A stretch of DNA of 64,000 nucleotides from Eledone cirrhosa (GCA_964016885.1 OZ024741.1:309008001-309072000), one strand, 5' to 3'. Positions 45,177 through 60,889 are shown, numbered from the stretch's first letter. The notes: generated from the letters alone by a model not told the origin. A program made the numbers and translations.

Positions 45177-45273
45177 GTTGTTTCCCAAAAATATATACAC
45201 ACTTTCATTACCTGGATAGGCGATATTTATTAGAATGGTGTTGGAGTATGTATACGTTTTTCTGGGCACCCTG
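45174..45273. mobile_element. Tc1/mariner-type MITE (100 bp)
   Basis: TA|CAGGTTG...aaaaatatataca / tgtatacgtttttctgggCACCCTG|TA, imperfect TIRs. Confidence 0.7.
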
Positions 45274-45301
45274 TATATATATGTATAATATATACATACA
45301 C

Positions 45302-45396
<95 letters not shown>

Positions 45397-45416
45397 TATA
45401 TATATGTATATGTATA

Positions 45417-45536
<120 letters not shown>

Positions 45537-45620
45537 AATATATATATGCATATATATACACATATATGTATATATATGTATATATATATGTGTATATATA
45601 TGTATATATATATGTATATA

Positions 45621-45693
<73 letters not shown>

Positions 45694-45852
45694 ATATATA
45701 TATATATAGTTATATTAGAAAGAGAGTTTTTTTTTACAAAATGAAAAATAACCGAGGTGCCCTACACGAGTGAAAGTATAAATAAAAAAAGATGAAATCG
45801 AAAATGCAACTGGAATCTTATTTTTTAAAAAAATATATATATTTATTTGGTT

Positions 45853-45890
45853 CCTTTACCGGTTTCGCAGTTCTTCTGCTTTTCAAAAGT
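45853..45890 (-). ncRNA. Degenerate minimal hammerhead remnant
   Basis: Reverse complement: ctt-TTGAAAA-gcag aagaa ctgc-GAAA-ccgg-TA-aag, then AATAAA. Two core substitutions. Confidence 0.4.
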
Positions 45891-46127
45891 AAAGTTGAGA
45901 TGGAGGGTCTGTGGTTTTTCTCACATAGTTATATATATAGTTATATATATAGTTATATATTGTGTAATTTTATTTGTAAATTTTTGTCATAGACGTAATT
46001 AGATGTAATTTTAGTATCTAAATTAATGAAAATGTCTGTGATGTATATATGTATGTATGTATGTATGTATGCATACAGGTTGCATGTATGTATGCATGCA
46101 TGCATGTAAACATGTATGTATGAATGT

Positions 46128-46730
46128 CCATGAGACAGGTTGTACTGGTAACATGTATTCCAGTACAACCTGTCTCATGGTCGGGTCGTTGGCGACTAAA
46201 CTGGCAACCCCACCAAGGTTTCTTGGTGAGGAGGGTGACTTTGGACATCCTGCAGGACTAAAAACAAAACCTGTCAAAGGGCAAAGGAGCTCTTAAGAGT
46301 CAATGGCCATCCAAAATCACCGGGAGAGATGACCCCTTAGGCTTTGTCAAGGCAGAATACTAGGAGAAGGAAAACTCTGATATAACACCTACAACCCTGA
46401 TGGTATCCAATGATGTTGACTTGTTCTTCTTTTTGGTAAATATCATCTTGGTTAAGAGAGTGGGACTGGCTTTGTGCAGTGCCTTTGCTCACTATAAAAG
46501 CTTCACGGCACAGGCATTGCTTTATATCTGGAGATCTCTCTGCACTTGTCGTCACATGGTACCATGGGCCCAGCACTATGTGTCAATAATTGTCACAAGT
46601 GTAGTGTTTGTACCAGAGCTTTCAAGTTGCTGGCTGGACTAAAAAGTCACACTCGTTCAGCACATCGGTATGGGTTCTCCTACATTGATATAAAGTAATG
46701 GCCGTACTCGAAAATGAGTTGGCAGCCACC
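46128..46730 (+). mobile_element. RTE-derived non-autonomous element, copy 3
   Basis: Near-identical to copies 1 and 2; 5' end replaced by a 21-bp inverted duplication. Confidence 0.75.
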
Positions 46731-47201
46731 ATATATTTATGCATGCATGTAAGCATGTATGCATGTATGTATGCATGTAAGCATGTATGAATGTATGTAC
46801 ATATGTATGTATGAATGTAAACATGTATGTATGAATGTAAACATGTATGAATGTAAACATGTATGTATGTATGTATGTATGTATGTATGTTTTTTTATTA
46901 TGTATGTATGTATGTATGTATGTATGTATGTATGTGTGTATGTATTCCATTGTAATCTGTTTGTTTCGATGAAGTATATTTGTTAAAATGATAATGAATA
47001 GTGCTACTTATCTTTTGTATCCTGTCTATATGTAGTTTAATGGAACTTTATCACTTCTCAGTGAGTGTGTATCTTTCTTTCTTTTACTTCTTTCTTTCTC
47101 TTTTTCTTTCTTTGATTGTTTCTTTCCTTTTTTGTTTGCTTGTTTCTTTCTTTCTTTCTGTTTTTTCTCTCTCTCTCATTGTCCCCCCCTCTCTCTCTCT
47201 C

Positions 47202-47230
<29 letters not shown>

Positions 47231-47232
<2 letters not shown>

Positions 47233-47974
47233 GTAAGTATGTATGTATGTATATGTACATACATATATGTATACAGACGTACAGTAGTATGTATATATAT
47301 ATACATACATGCACACACATATATATGCACGTATCGGTTTACCGATAATAAATGTTCGTTAAACCGATACGTGCATATATATATATATGTGTGCATGTAT
47401 GTATATATATACATACTACTGTACGTCTGTATACATATATGTATGTACGTATACATACATACTTACATTTAAGTAAGTGCCGTACTAAGAGTGAGAAATT
47501 AAATTTCGTTTCATTCTATTCAATTTATCGTTTTCGGTGTGCCCGGCCGACTGAACTCACTCGATATGCAAATTAGGCTGCTCAGCCGTTAATATGCATA
47601 AGGAAAGTATATACTTTCAGACGTTCAACCATTTGGCAGGAAGGTATACGATGCTGACGATAGATAATAAGCTTGAAACTAGTACATCGTTCCTGTGTCA
47701 GTGTTGAACAAAAAGGTGACGTGGTTGCCTAAACACTGTACGGCGTAATTCAGGCTGTTTGTTTGTTTATTAACAAACAAACCGAGCATTATAATAAATG
47801 TTCGGTAAACCGATACGTGCATATATATATGTGTGCATGTATGTATATATATACATACTACTGTACGTCTGTATACATATATGTATGTACGTATACATAC
47901 ATACATACTTACATTTAAGTAAGTGCCGTACTAAGAGTGAGAAATGAAATTTCGTTTCATTCTATTCCATTTAT
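47231..47974 (+). mobile_element. Family C element: 5' inverted arm plus ~1.4 tandem 446-bp units
   Basis: 47345-47528 is repeated at 47791-47974. 47231-47345 is the reverse complement of ~47356-47468. HHR inside, (TA)n flanks. Confidence 0.8.
47648..47690 (+). ncRNA. Type I hammerhead ribozyme, family C
   Basis: acgatg-CTGACGA-tagataataagctt-GAAA-ctag-TA-catcgt. Perfect 6-bp stem I, one mismatch in stem II. Confidence 0.8.
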
Positions 47975-48002
47975 ATATATATATATATATAAAATATAGA
48001 AG

Positions 48003-48053
48003 AGCATCTACATGACTAGAACTGTTTCATTCGTGAGGAATCATCAGGAAGCT
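48003..48053 (-). ncRNA. Type I hammerhead ribozyme, family B (left arm of palindrome)
   Basis: Reverse complement: agcttc-CTGATGA-ttcctcacgaat-GAAA-cagttctagtcatg-TA-gatgct. Core intact, a few stem mismatches. Confidence 0.7.
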
Positions 48054-48099
48054 TCCCGATGATTTCTCACGAATGAAACAGTTCTAGTCCTGTAGAAGC
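48051..48099 (+). ncRNA. Type I hammerhead ribozyme, family B (right arm, U4C core variant)
   Basis: gcttc-CCGATGA-t-ttc tcac gaa-t-GAAA-cag ttctagtc ctg-TA-gaagc. Confidence 0.7.
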
Positions 48100-48173
48100 C
48101 CTTCTATATTAAAACATTTACACTCTGCTATGTATTGAGTACCTTACTTACTCCGACTCAACCCGGAATAACT

Positions 48174-48241
<68 letters not shown>

Positions 48242-48407
48242 TTTGTGTGTGCATGTCTGTGTGTGTGTGCGTATGTGTACAGATACAGACACAGACATAT
48301 ATATATTTACAATGTTGATTATATTGATGGAGTTGGAGACTGTTACATACGCCCCCTTTAATTTTGAACAGGAATCATCAGAAAGCATTTGACCTATGTA
48401 TACATAG

Positions 48408-49705
48408 GTTGACACCATTGACATAGCTTCGCTCCAGTGACATAGGTTGACACCAGTGACATAGTTTGGCTCCAGTGAAATAGCTTGGCTCCATTGACAT
48501 AGCTTAGCTCCAGTGACATAGGTTGACACCAGTGAGATAGTTTGGCTCCAGTGACATAGCATGGTTCCAGTGACATAGCCTGGCTCCAGTGACATAGTTT
48601 GGCTCCAGTGATATAGTTTGGCACCAGTGACATAGCTTGGTTCCAGTGACATAGCTCGTCTCCAGTGACATAATTTGGTACCAGTGACATAGTTTGGCTC
48701 CAGTGACATAGTTTGGCTCCAGTGACATAGTTTAGCTCCAATGACATAAGTTGGCTCCAGTGACATAGCATGGGTCCGGTGACATAGTTTGGCTCCAGTG
48801 ACATAGTTTGGCTCCAATGACATAATTTGGCTCTAGTGACATAGTTTGGCTCCAGTGACGTAGTTTGGCACCAATGACATAATTTGGTTTCAGTGACATA
48901 GTTAGGCTCCAGAGACATAGCATCGTTCCAGTCACATAGTTTGGTACCAGTGACATAAGTTGGTACCAGTGACATAGCTTGGCTCCAGTGAAATAGCATG
49001 GCTCAAGTGACATAGTTTGGCTCCAGTGACATATGTTGACACCAGTGACATAGTTTGGCACCAGTGACATAGTTTGGTACCAGTGACATAGTTTGGCTCC
49101 AGTAACATAGCATGGCTCCAGTGACATAGTTTGGCTCCAGTGACAGGTTGACTCCAGTGACATAGTTTGGTACCAGTGACAGGTTGACTCCAGTGACATA
49201 GTTTGGTACCAGTGACAGGTTGACTCCAGTGACATAGTTTGGTACCAGTGACATAGTTTGACTCCAGTGACATAGCTTGGCTCCAGTGACATAGGTTGAC
49301 ACCAGTGACATAGTTTGGCTCCAGTGACATAGCATGGTTCCAGTGGCATAGCTCGGCTTCAGTGACATAGTTTGGCTCCAGTGACATAGTTTGGCTCCAG
49401 TAACATAGCTTGGCTCCAGTGACATAGTTTGGCTCCCGTGAAATAGTTTGGCTCCAGTGACATAGTTTGGCTCCCGTGAAATAGTTTGGCTCCCGTGAAA
49501 TAGTTTGGCTCCAGTGACATAAGTTGGTACCAGTGACAGCATGGGTCCGGTGACATAGATTGGATCTAGTGCCATGAATCGGAACCAGTGACATAGTTTG
49601 ATTCCAGTGACATAGGTTGTTTCCAGTGACATAGTTTGGCTCCAGTGATATAGGTTGGCTCCAGTGACACGGATTGGCACCAGTGACATGGATTGTAACC
49701 AGTGA
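48408..49705. repeat. 20-bp minisatellite (CCAGTGACATAGTTTGGCTC-like), about 65 units
   Basis: Direct tandem units with a constant CCAGTGACA and a variable second half. Confidence 0.95.
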
Positions 49706-50558
49706 ACTGTTGGAATATGAAAGTATTTTGCTCAATGACACAACGTGTCACCAGGTCACGAACTGAACACACCAGTCACTAAGCCACGCGCCTTCGCTGG
49801 AACGTAAAATATCTACCGAAATAAATGAGTCCGACGCACTACCGATTCTTAAAGTAATTCCCTTAATAATAATGAATTTTTCATTCGCCATAAAAACGAA
49901 AGACGTTTTGGGGTTGGTTGGAACATAAGGATAAAAAACAACAAACAGTAAGACATAAAGTGAAGGGGAAATCAACCAAAGAAAACCGTAGATATAACAA
50001 TGACAAAAATGATAAATGTTCACAATACACCACTACAACCACCAACACCCTACTACTGCTACTACTACTACTATAATCACCACCACCACCACCGCCACCG
50101 CCACCACCACCACCACCGCAACCACAACCACTACAACCACTACCACTAACTCCATGACCACTTCCTCCACCACCACCACCACCACCATTAACTCCACGAC
50201 CACTTCCATCACCACCACCACAACCACCACCACTTCCACCATCACCACTTCCACCACCACCACCACCACCACCACCACTTCCACTTCCACCACCACCACC
50301 ACCACCCCTACCAGCAGCAGCAGCACCACCACCACCAGCACCACCACTAACTCCAGCACCACTTCGATCACAACGACCACCACAACTTCCACCCCACCAC
50401 TACGACCACCATCTCACCCACCAATAACTCCACCATCACAACCACAAGCAACAACAACAACGGCAACAATAATATTAATAATAAAATTTATAAGAAGGAG
50501 AAAACTAAAAATAAATAACTCTGATAAAGCATAATAATGATAATAAAAATAATAAAAA

Positions 50559-50613
<55 letters not shown>

Positions 50614-51635
50614 CATCATTATTATTTCTGAAGTTGTGAAGCGCAACCCGTAAAATTTCAAAAACAGCTCCAGCATTGCATTTATCGTCCATATTGGTTT
50701 CTTCGTTTGTATGTTTGTTTTCTGCGATGTTTGTGTGTTGGTGTGTGCCAGAGTGTGTATGTATATTGGGAGAGGGGTTGGTGGTAGGACTGTGGTTGGT
50801 GGGAAGGGGGTATCCGAGTCTGTTTCCATTTTATATTTGTCTTCTTGTGTTCATTCCTCTTCTTCTCACACAAACATCCCCAGCACACAACCTTTGAATA
50901 GCGTTCCTTTTAGTTCGAAATATTTATCTATGTACACATGTATGTATGTATATATGTATATATACATGTATGTATGTGTGTATGTATGTAAGTAGATATT
51001 TATGTATGTATGTATGTATGTATGTATGTATGTATGTATGTATGTATGTATGTATATATGTATGTATGCATGTATGTGTTTATGTATGTATGTTTGTATA
51101 TATGTTTGTATGTATGTATGCATGAATGTATGAATATACATATATATAAATAATATATATACATATACACATATGTAAATATATATGTATCTGTGTATAG
51201 GCATACATATACACATGCTCGCACACACGTATATATGTCTGCGTATATATATATATAGACATGCAAGTTTATGTATGCATATATTTATGTATGTATGCAT
51301 GAATATACCTATGTATGTATGTATGTATGTATGTATGTATGTATGTATGTATGTATGTATGTATGTATGTATGTATGAATGTATGCATGAATGAACGTAT
51401 GTATTATGTATGTATGTATGTAACTTTTTTGCCTGCTGGTTCCCTACACTAGCAACATCTCAGAGTTTTAACATATGTTTCTGCACAGTGAACTGCGAGA
51501 CGAAATGAAAGGAATCGTGGAGAAACGGTGAAGTAATGGAAGTCTATATGTATATTTACACACATACACACACGCATATATACATATATACATACATACA
51601 TACATACACACACATACACGAACACACACACACAC

Positions 51636-51668
<33 letters not shown>

Positions 51669-51858
51669 TGTGTGTGTGTGTGTGTGCGTCTGTATGTATG
51701 TATGTATGTATGTCTATATGTATATATGCGTGTGTGTATGTGTGTAAATATATATATATCAATATTTAGCTACATCTACATACATAGATGAATGCCTGCC
51801 TAAATACCCCCCACACACACACATTTATATATATATATATATATACATATATACATTA

Positions 51859-51933
<75 letters not shown>

Positions 51934-52107
51934 CATACACATGTATTTATATATGTGCGTATAAATGTTTTGTAGGAGTTCAATATATGTATTATGTACA
52001 TTTCAGCATTCAAAAACGTGTGCCTGTGTGTATATGAGAGAGAGAAAGAGATGGATAGATAGAGAGAGAAAGAGAGAGAGAGAGAAAGAGAGAGTGAGAG
52101 AGCGAGC

Positions 52108-52182
<75 letters not shown>

Positions 52183-52499
52183 TGTGTGTATGTTTGTGAC
52201 ATGAAGAGGAAGTAAACTTGAGAAAGAGGTGAATTATGTGAAAGAAGAAAAGAGAGGTAAACAAGGAAAGTATAGTTTGTAGATGAGTGAAGAGAGAGCG
52301 TTAAAGGGAATAGGGAGGAAGAGAGAGAGAGCGAGTTAAGGAGATCGAAGTCGAATGAGACTGCGCGTGCTTGTGTGTATGTGTGTGTGTGTATGTGTGT
52401 GTATGTGTATGTGTATGTGTGTGTGTGTGTGTGTGTGTGTCTGCTTGTGTGTGAAAACAGACACACAGGCAGACACATAGAGAGAGAGACAGAGAGAGA

Positions 52500-52537
<38 letters not shown>

Positions 52538-52827
52538 GAGTGAGAATGCGTGCATGTGTTTGTGTGTAAGTGTATATATATGCGCGTGTGTGTATGAGCG
52601 TGTGTGACTACGTGCTGTATGCGTGTGTGCGTGGATGAACGCAAGAGCAATGAAGGAAAACGATAGATTCCTCCTGTAAATGTTTACTGCCGTTTTTTTA
52701 TATTGGACTCTATTCAAATGGAACACATTCCGAAGATCTCTTTATTGCTTGCCCCATTGTTCATTATTTGTTGTTATATGTATGTATATATATACGTGTA
52801 TATATATATATACACGTATATATATAT

Positions 52828-52910
<83 letters not shown>

Positions 52911-52925
52911 CATTGTATATATATA

Positions 52926-53023
<98 letters not shown>

Positions 53024-53207
53024 TATATAATTTTGTGTATATATATATATATGTAAGTGTGTGTTTTTTTATCTTTTGCCTCTGCTTCTTAATGCTTTTG
53101 TTATTATTGTTTTTCTTATTAATAGTATTAATGTTGTTATTGTTGTTTTGTCATTAATATTGTTATTGCTGTTATTAAAGCTCATTCGTAGAAAGCCTTT
53201 TATATAC

Positions 53208-53259
<52 letters not shown>

Positions 53260-53308
53260 ATATATATATATATATATATAGCCATACTGACGCACATACA
53301 TATATAAG

Positions 53309-53342
<34 letters not shown>

Positions 53343-53362
53343 TTATATGTGAATTTATATAA

Positions 53363-53411
<49 letters not shown>

Positions 53412-53770
53412 TGTGTGTGTGTGTACGAGTGGCTGTATGTGAATGTTCATGAGTGCGTGTTTTTACGAGGCCTTTATTTTCTTTTAAGGGGCGAATAACT
53501 TGCCGTTTATTTTCTTCATTTCTACTTCGCTTCCGGTTGAAAGGATTAAAAAGTTTAAAGGTTGAATAAGCACCGGAAGTCTAGGCTAGTCAGGAAGGTC
53601 TTAATCATTGATGAAATATTATTGGTCGCGGCCAACTTGAAAAGTAAATAAACGAATTAATAAAGACGAAGAAAAGGAACACACAAACACGCATATACAA
53701 AGAGGCAGAACTACGGATGCGAGCAGTCAAATACTCAGATACGCCATACACATCTGCTCGTGTACACACC

Positions 53771-53862
<92 letters not shown>

Positions 53863-54089
53863 CACACACATACAATACATACATACATGCATACATACAT
53901 ACACACATACGCACAGAAACACACGCATAGCCACACTGTGACGCATTCTTACACATCTCTCTCTATAGCTATACATAGACAAACATACACAGAGAAAGAA
54001 ATATATTGCATATATGATAATATATACATACACACACACACACACACACACATATATATTTATGTGTGTGCATGTATATATATTTATAT

Positions 54090-54189
<100 letters not shown>

Positions 54190-54205
54190 AATATATATAT
54201 ATATA

Positions 54206-54238
<33 letters not shown>

Positions 54239-54263
54239 TGTATGTATGTATGTATGCATGTAG

Positions 54264-54298
<35 letters not shown>

Positions 54299-54313
54299 AA
54301 AATAAATAGATAG

Positions 54314-54540
<227 letters not shown>

Positions 54541-56215
54541 CTATCTATTTATTTCTCTCTCTATATATATATATCCCTACATACATACATGCAGGCATAC
54601 ATACATGCATGAATGTATGCATGTACGTATGTAAGCATGCATTTATGCTTTCGTGAACTTGTGTATAACTTGCGGTTTTGTATACTCACACAAGTATATT
54701 CATGGAATACACGCTTATACACGTATTCTTAAGACTATACATAAACATACACTTACTCCGCTTTTTTATACACGCATACATGTATGTATATCTTTTCCAA
54801 TACACACACACACACACGCACACACATATATATATATATATATACTTATAAATATATATATATATGCATGTATGTATGCATGCAAGTATATAATTATGTA
54901 TGGATATATGTACGTACGTACGTATGCATGTACGAACGTACGTATGTATGTATGTATGCATGTATGTTTGTATGTATGTATGTATGTATACCTGTTTGTA
55001 TATATGTATAGATATATATATATATATATATATATGCATGAATGCAAACGTATATATATATATACATACATATATGTGAATGCGTCCATATGTGTGTGTG
55101 TGTGTATATAAATATATATATATATATGTGTGTGTGTGTGTATATATATATGTAGGTATGTATATATATATATATGAGAAAAGTCTGGTAAAGATGAGGA
55201 GGAGTAGGAGTTGCAGGAAGGGGAGGAGGAAGAAGAAGAAGAAGGAGAAGAAGAAGAAGAAGAAGAAGGAGGAGGGAGAAGGGGAGAAGATGCGAGGTGG
55301 GCTGGGCTGAAGAGAGCTAAGCTAAGCTGAGCTGAACTGAACTTATTTGAGAAGGAGGTGGTAAGGATATAGAGAATAGCAGGTGGTGGCGGCGGCGGTG
55401 GCGAAGCTAGCGATGATGAGATGGGGGGGGGGGGGCAGAGCTTGGTGATGGGTGGCGGTGTTGTAGAAGAGTTTTGACGTATAAACACAGAGAGAGAGAG
55501 ACAGCTCTATTATAACTCTCGAAGTCTTTCTTTTTCGTGTCTTCATTATTTATTGATACCATGCCTTTCTTTGCAGACTTTCATTTTCACTAATGGACAC
55601 ATGAAACAGACGCACAGTTGTGTTAGATAAAGTGTTTGTTTACCATTTTGTTGTTGTTATCTTCCGTATTGCTCTATTGCTTTATTGCTATTATTATTAT
55701 TATAATTATTGTCGTTATTGTAGTCATTGCTGTTGTTGTTGATGGTGTTGTTGTTGTTGTTGTTGGTGATGGTGGTGGCAGTGCTGCTGCTGTTGTTGTT
55801 GTTGTTGTTATTGTTGTTGTTGTTGTTATCTTTATTTATTCATGCTTAGAGAAATAGTATTTTTATTTCTGTTTCTGTCATCATCATCATCATCATCATC
55901 ATAGTCAGTTTAATCTTCATCATGACCATCATCATCATCATAGTCATAGTCAGTTTAATCTTCATAATGACCACCAACATCATCATCATCATCGTCTTTA
56001 TCATCGTCATTATGACAATCATCATCATCATCATCATCACCATCATGAACATCATCATCATCACCATCACCATCATCGTCATCGTAATACCGTCATCATC
56101 ATCACCATCACCATCATCACTATTGTTATTGTTATTGTTATTGTTATTAGTTTTAGGTTTTATCATCAATATCATCATTGTGTTGTTTTATATATATATT
56201 TATATGCATAGGTAT

Positions 56216-56404
<189 letters not shown>

Positions 56405-56461
56405 CATATATATATATATACATACATATATATATATATACATATATATATACATATATAT

Positions 56462-56504
<43 letters not shown>

Positions 56505-56577
56505 CATATATATATGTATACATACATATATATATACATATATATATACATACATATATATATATATACATATATAT

Positions 56578-57271
<694 letters not shown>

Positions 57272-58004
57272 CATGCTTGTGGTTATCGTTATTGTTGTTA
57301 TTATTGCTATGCATCTTACTGTTATTATCAACGTTGTTATTATAATTATTATTATTACCATCAACCTCTTTCTCCCCCTCCCCCTCATCATCATCATCAC
57401 CCTCATCATCTTCTTCATTATCGTATCTTCATTAGCAATGTTGCCGTTTATTATTATTTTCATTATAAGTATTATTATCATTATCATATCCTCATTATGG
57501 GATAATAATAATGATAATGATAAAAATAATAAAAATAATTATTATAATAACCATCATCATCGGCATCATCATCGACATCATCATCGTCATCATCATCGGC
57601 ATCATCATCATCGTCATCATCATCGGCATCATCATCGTCATCATCATCGTCATCGTTACCATAATTTTATTCCTCCTCTTTTTCCTCATCCTCCACATAA
57701 TCATAATCATAATTATCAATCTTTGTCTTCTCCTCCACCTCCTGTTTAATATGACCATCTTCTTCTTCTTCTTCTTCTTCTTCTTCTTCTTCTTCTTCTT
57801 CTTCTTCTTCTTCTTCTTCTTCTTCTTCTTCTTCTTCTTCTTCTTCTTCTTTGTCTTCTTCTTCTCCTCCTCCTCCTCGTTAATATGACCATCATCATCA
57901 TCATCTTAATTATTATGAGAGACAGATGATATGATTATCAACAGTATTGTTGATATTATGACAAATATCATCATCATGACTATTAACAACAGCAGTAAAC
58001 TTGG

Positions 58005-58040
58005 TAATAGTAGTAGTAGTAGTAGTAGTAACAGTAGAAA

Positions 58041-58117
<77 letters not shown>

Positions 58118-58122
58118 GTAGC

Positions 58123-58201
<79 letters not shown>

Positions 58202-58207
58202 GTAGCA

Positions 58208-58265
<58 letters not shown>

Positions 58266-58312
58266 CAGTATTAGTAGTAGTAGCAGTAGTAGTAGTAATT
58301 ATGGTAGTAGTG

Positions 58313-58349
<37 letters not shown>

Positions 58350-58353
58350 CAGC

Positions 58354-58415
<62 letters not shown>

Positions 58416-58452
58416 CAGCATAGTAGTAGTAGTAGTAGTAGTAGTAGTAACA

Positions 58453-58483
<31 letters not shown>

Positions 58484-58522
58484 CAGTAGTAGTAGTAGTA
58501 GTAGTAACAGTAGAAGTAGTAA

Positions 58523-58566
<44 letters not shown>

Positions 58567-58593
58567 GTAGCAGTAGTAGTAGTAGTAGTAATG

Positions 58594-58651
<58 letters not shown>

Positions 58652-58673
58652 CAGTAGTAGTAGTAGTAGTAAC

Positions 58674-58734
<61 letters not shown>

Positions 58735-58737
58735 ACA

Positions 58738-58809
<72 letters not shown>

Positions 58810-58814
58810 GTAGC

Positions 58815-58887
<73 letters not shown>

Positions 58888-58893
58888 GTAGCA

Positions 58894-58948
<55 letters not shown>

Positions 58949-58995
58949 CAGTATTAGTAGTAGTAGCAGTAGTAGTAGTAATTATGGTAGTAGTG

Positions 58996-59032
<37 letters not shown>

Positions 59033-59036
59033 CAGC

Positions 59037-59101
<65 letters not shown>

Positions 59102-59105
59102 CAGC

Positions 59106-59139
<34 letters not shown>

Positions 59140-59142
59140 ACA

Positions 59143-59173
<31 letters not shown>

Positions 59174-59212
59174 CAGTAGTAGTAGTAGTAGTAGTAACAG
59201 TAGAAGTAGTAA

Positions 59213-59253
<41 letters not shown>

Positions 59254-59280
59254 GTAGCAGTAGTAGTAGTAGTAGTAATG

Positions 59281-59332
<52 letters not shown>

Positions 59333-59354
59333 CAGTAGTAGTAGTAGTAGTAAC

Positions 59355-59406
<52 letters not shown>

Positions 59407-59409
59407 ACA

Positions 59410-59472
<63 letters not shown>

Positions 59473-59523
59473 GTAGCAGTAGTAGTAGTAATTATAGTAG
59501 TAGTGGTAGTAGTAGTAGTAATG

Positions 59524-59554
<31 letters not shown>

Positions 59555-59685
59555 CAGTAGTAGTAGTAGTAGTAGTAGCAGTAGTAGTAGTAATGGTAGT
59601 AGTAGTAGTAGTAGTAGCAGTAGTAGTCGTAGTAGCAGTAGTAGTAGTAATGGTAGTAGTAGTAGTAGTAGTAGTAGTAGTAATG

Positions 59686-59725
<40 letters not shown>

Positions 59726-59746
59726 CAGTAGTAGTAGTAGTAGTAA

Positions 59747-59778
<32 letters not shown>

Positions 59779-59829
59779 GTACTAGTAGTAGTAGTAGTAG
59801 TAGTAGTAATGGTAGTAGTAGTAGTAGTG

Positions 59830-59865
<36 letters not shown>

Positions 59866-59866
59866 A

Positions 59867-59910
<44 letters not shown>

Positions 59911-59926
59911 ATAGTAGTACTAGTAC

Positions 59927-59961
<35 letters not shown>

Positions 59962-60013
59962 ATGGTAGTAGTACTAGTAGTAGTAGTAGTAGTAGCAGCA
60001 GCAGCAGCAGCAA
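58005..60013. repeat. 2-kb (AGT)n array with a ~680-bp higher-order duplication
   Basis: The variant pattern attatggtagtagtggtagt occurs at ~58298 and ~58981. Confidence 0.93.
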
Positions 60014-60329
60014 TGTAACAACTGTCTTTGCAACTGTTATTAATACTAGTAATTCATTGATGCTATCATCAAGATCCTGCCCCTCCCCCCTTTCCTCCGC
60101 CTCCGCCTCATCACCATCATCAACATCATCACCATCACCACCATCATCGTCATCATCGTCATCAGCATCAATATCGTCATTGCCATCATCACCATCATCA
60201 TCATCATCACCACCATCGTCACCATCAACATCATCATCATCAACATTATTGTTATCATCATCATCATCGTCGTCAAAATCTCCCCTATCATATCATCATC
60301 ATCATCATCATCACTGTCCTTATAACTAG

Positions 60330-60762
60330 CAGTCGTAGTTGTAGTTGTAGTTGCTGTTGTTGTGGTTGTTGTTGTTGTTGTAGTTGTTGTTGTTGTTGTA
60401 GTTGTAGTTGTTGTTGTTGTTGTTGTTGTAATTGTTGTTGTTGTTGTTGTTGTTGTTGTAGTTGTTGTTGTTGTTGTTGTAGTTGTTGTAGTTGTTGTTG
60501 TGGTTGTTGTTGTTGTTGTAGTTGTTGTTGTTGTTGTTGTAGTTGTAGTTGTTGTTGTTGTTGTTGTTGTTGTAATTGTTGTTGTTGTTGTTGTTGTAGT
60601 TGTTGTTGTTGTTGTAGTTGTTGTAGTTGTTGTTGTTGTTGTTGTTGTTGTAGTTGCTGGTGTTGTAGTTGTAGTTGTCGTTGTTGTTGTGGTTGTTGTT
60701 GTTGTTGTTGTTGTTGTAGTTGTTGTTGTAGTTGTTGTAGTTGTTGTAGTTGTTGTTGTTGT

Positions 60763-60793
<31 letters not shown>

Positions 60794-60889
60794 AGTTGTT
60801 GTAGTTGTAGTAGTTGCTGTAGTTGCTGGTGTTGTAGTTGTTGTAGTTGTCGTTGTAGTTGTTGTAGTTGTTGTAGTTGTTGTTGTTGT

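Larger units (their letters stand above)
47993..48172 (+). mobile_element. Family B asymmetric fold-back HHR element
   Basis: Palindrome 47993-48110 centred on AAGCTT, tail 48111-48172, (TA)n on both sides. Confidence 0.8.

Noticed and set aside
48173-49772. Long repetitive ORFs (MSLEPNYVTGAKLCHWSQT...) and a CRISPR-like look
   Set aside because: The same peptide appears in all three frames because of the 20-bp period. The variable parts are ~9 bp and recurrent rather than unique spacers, and there are no cas genes in this eukaryotic context.
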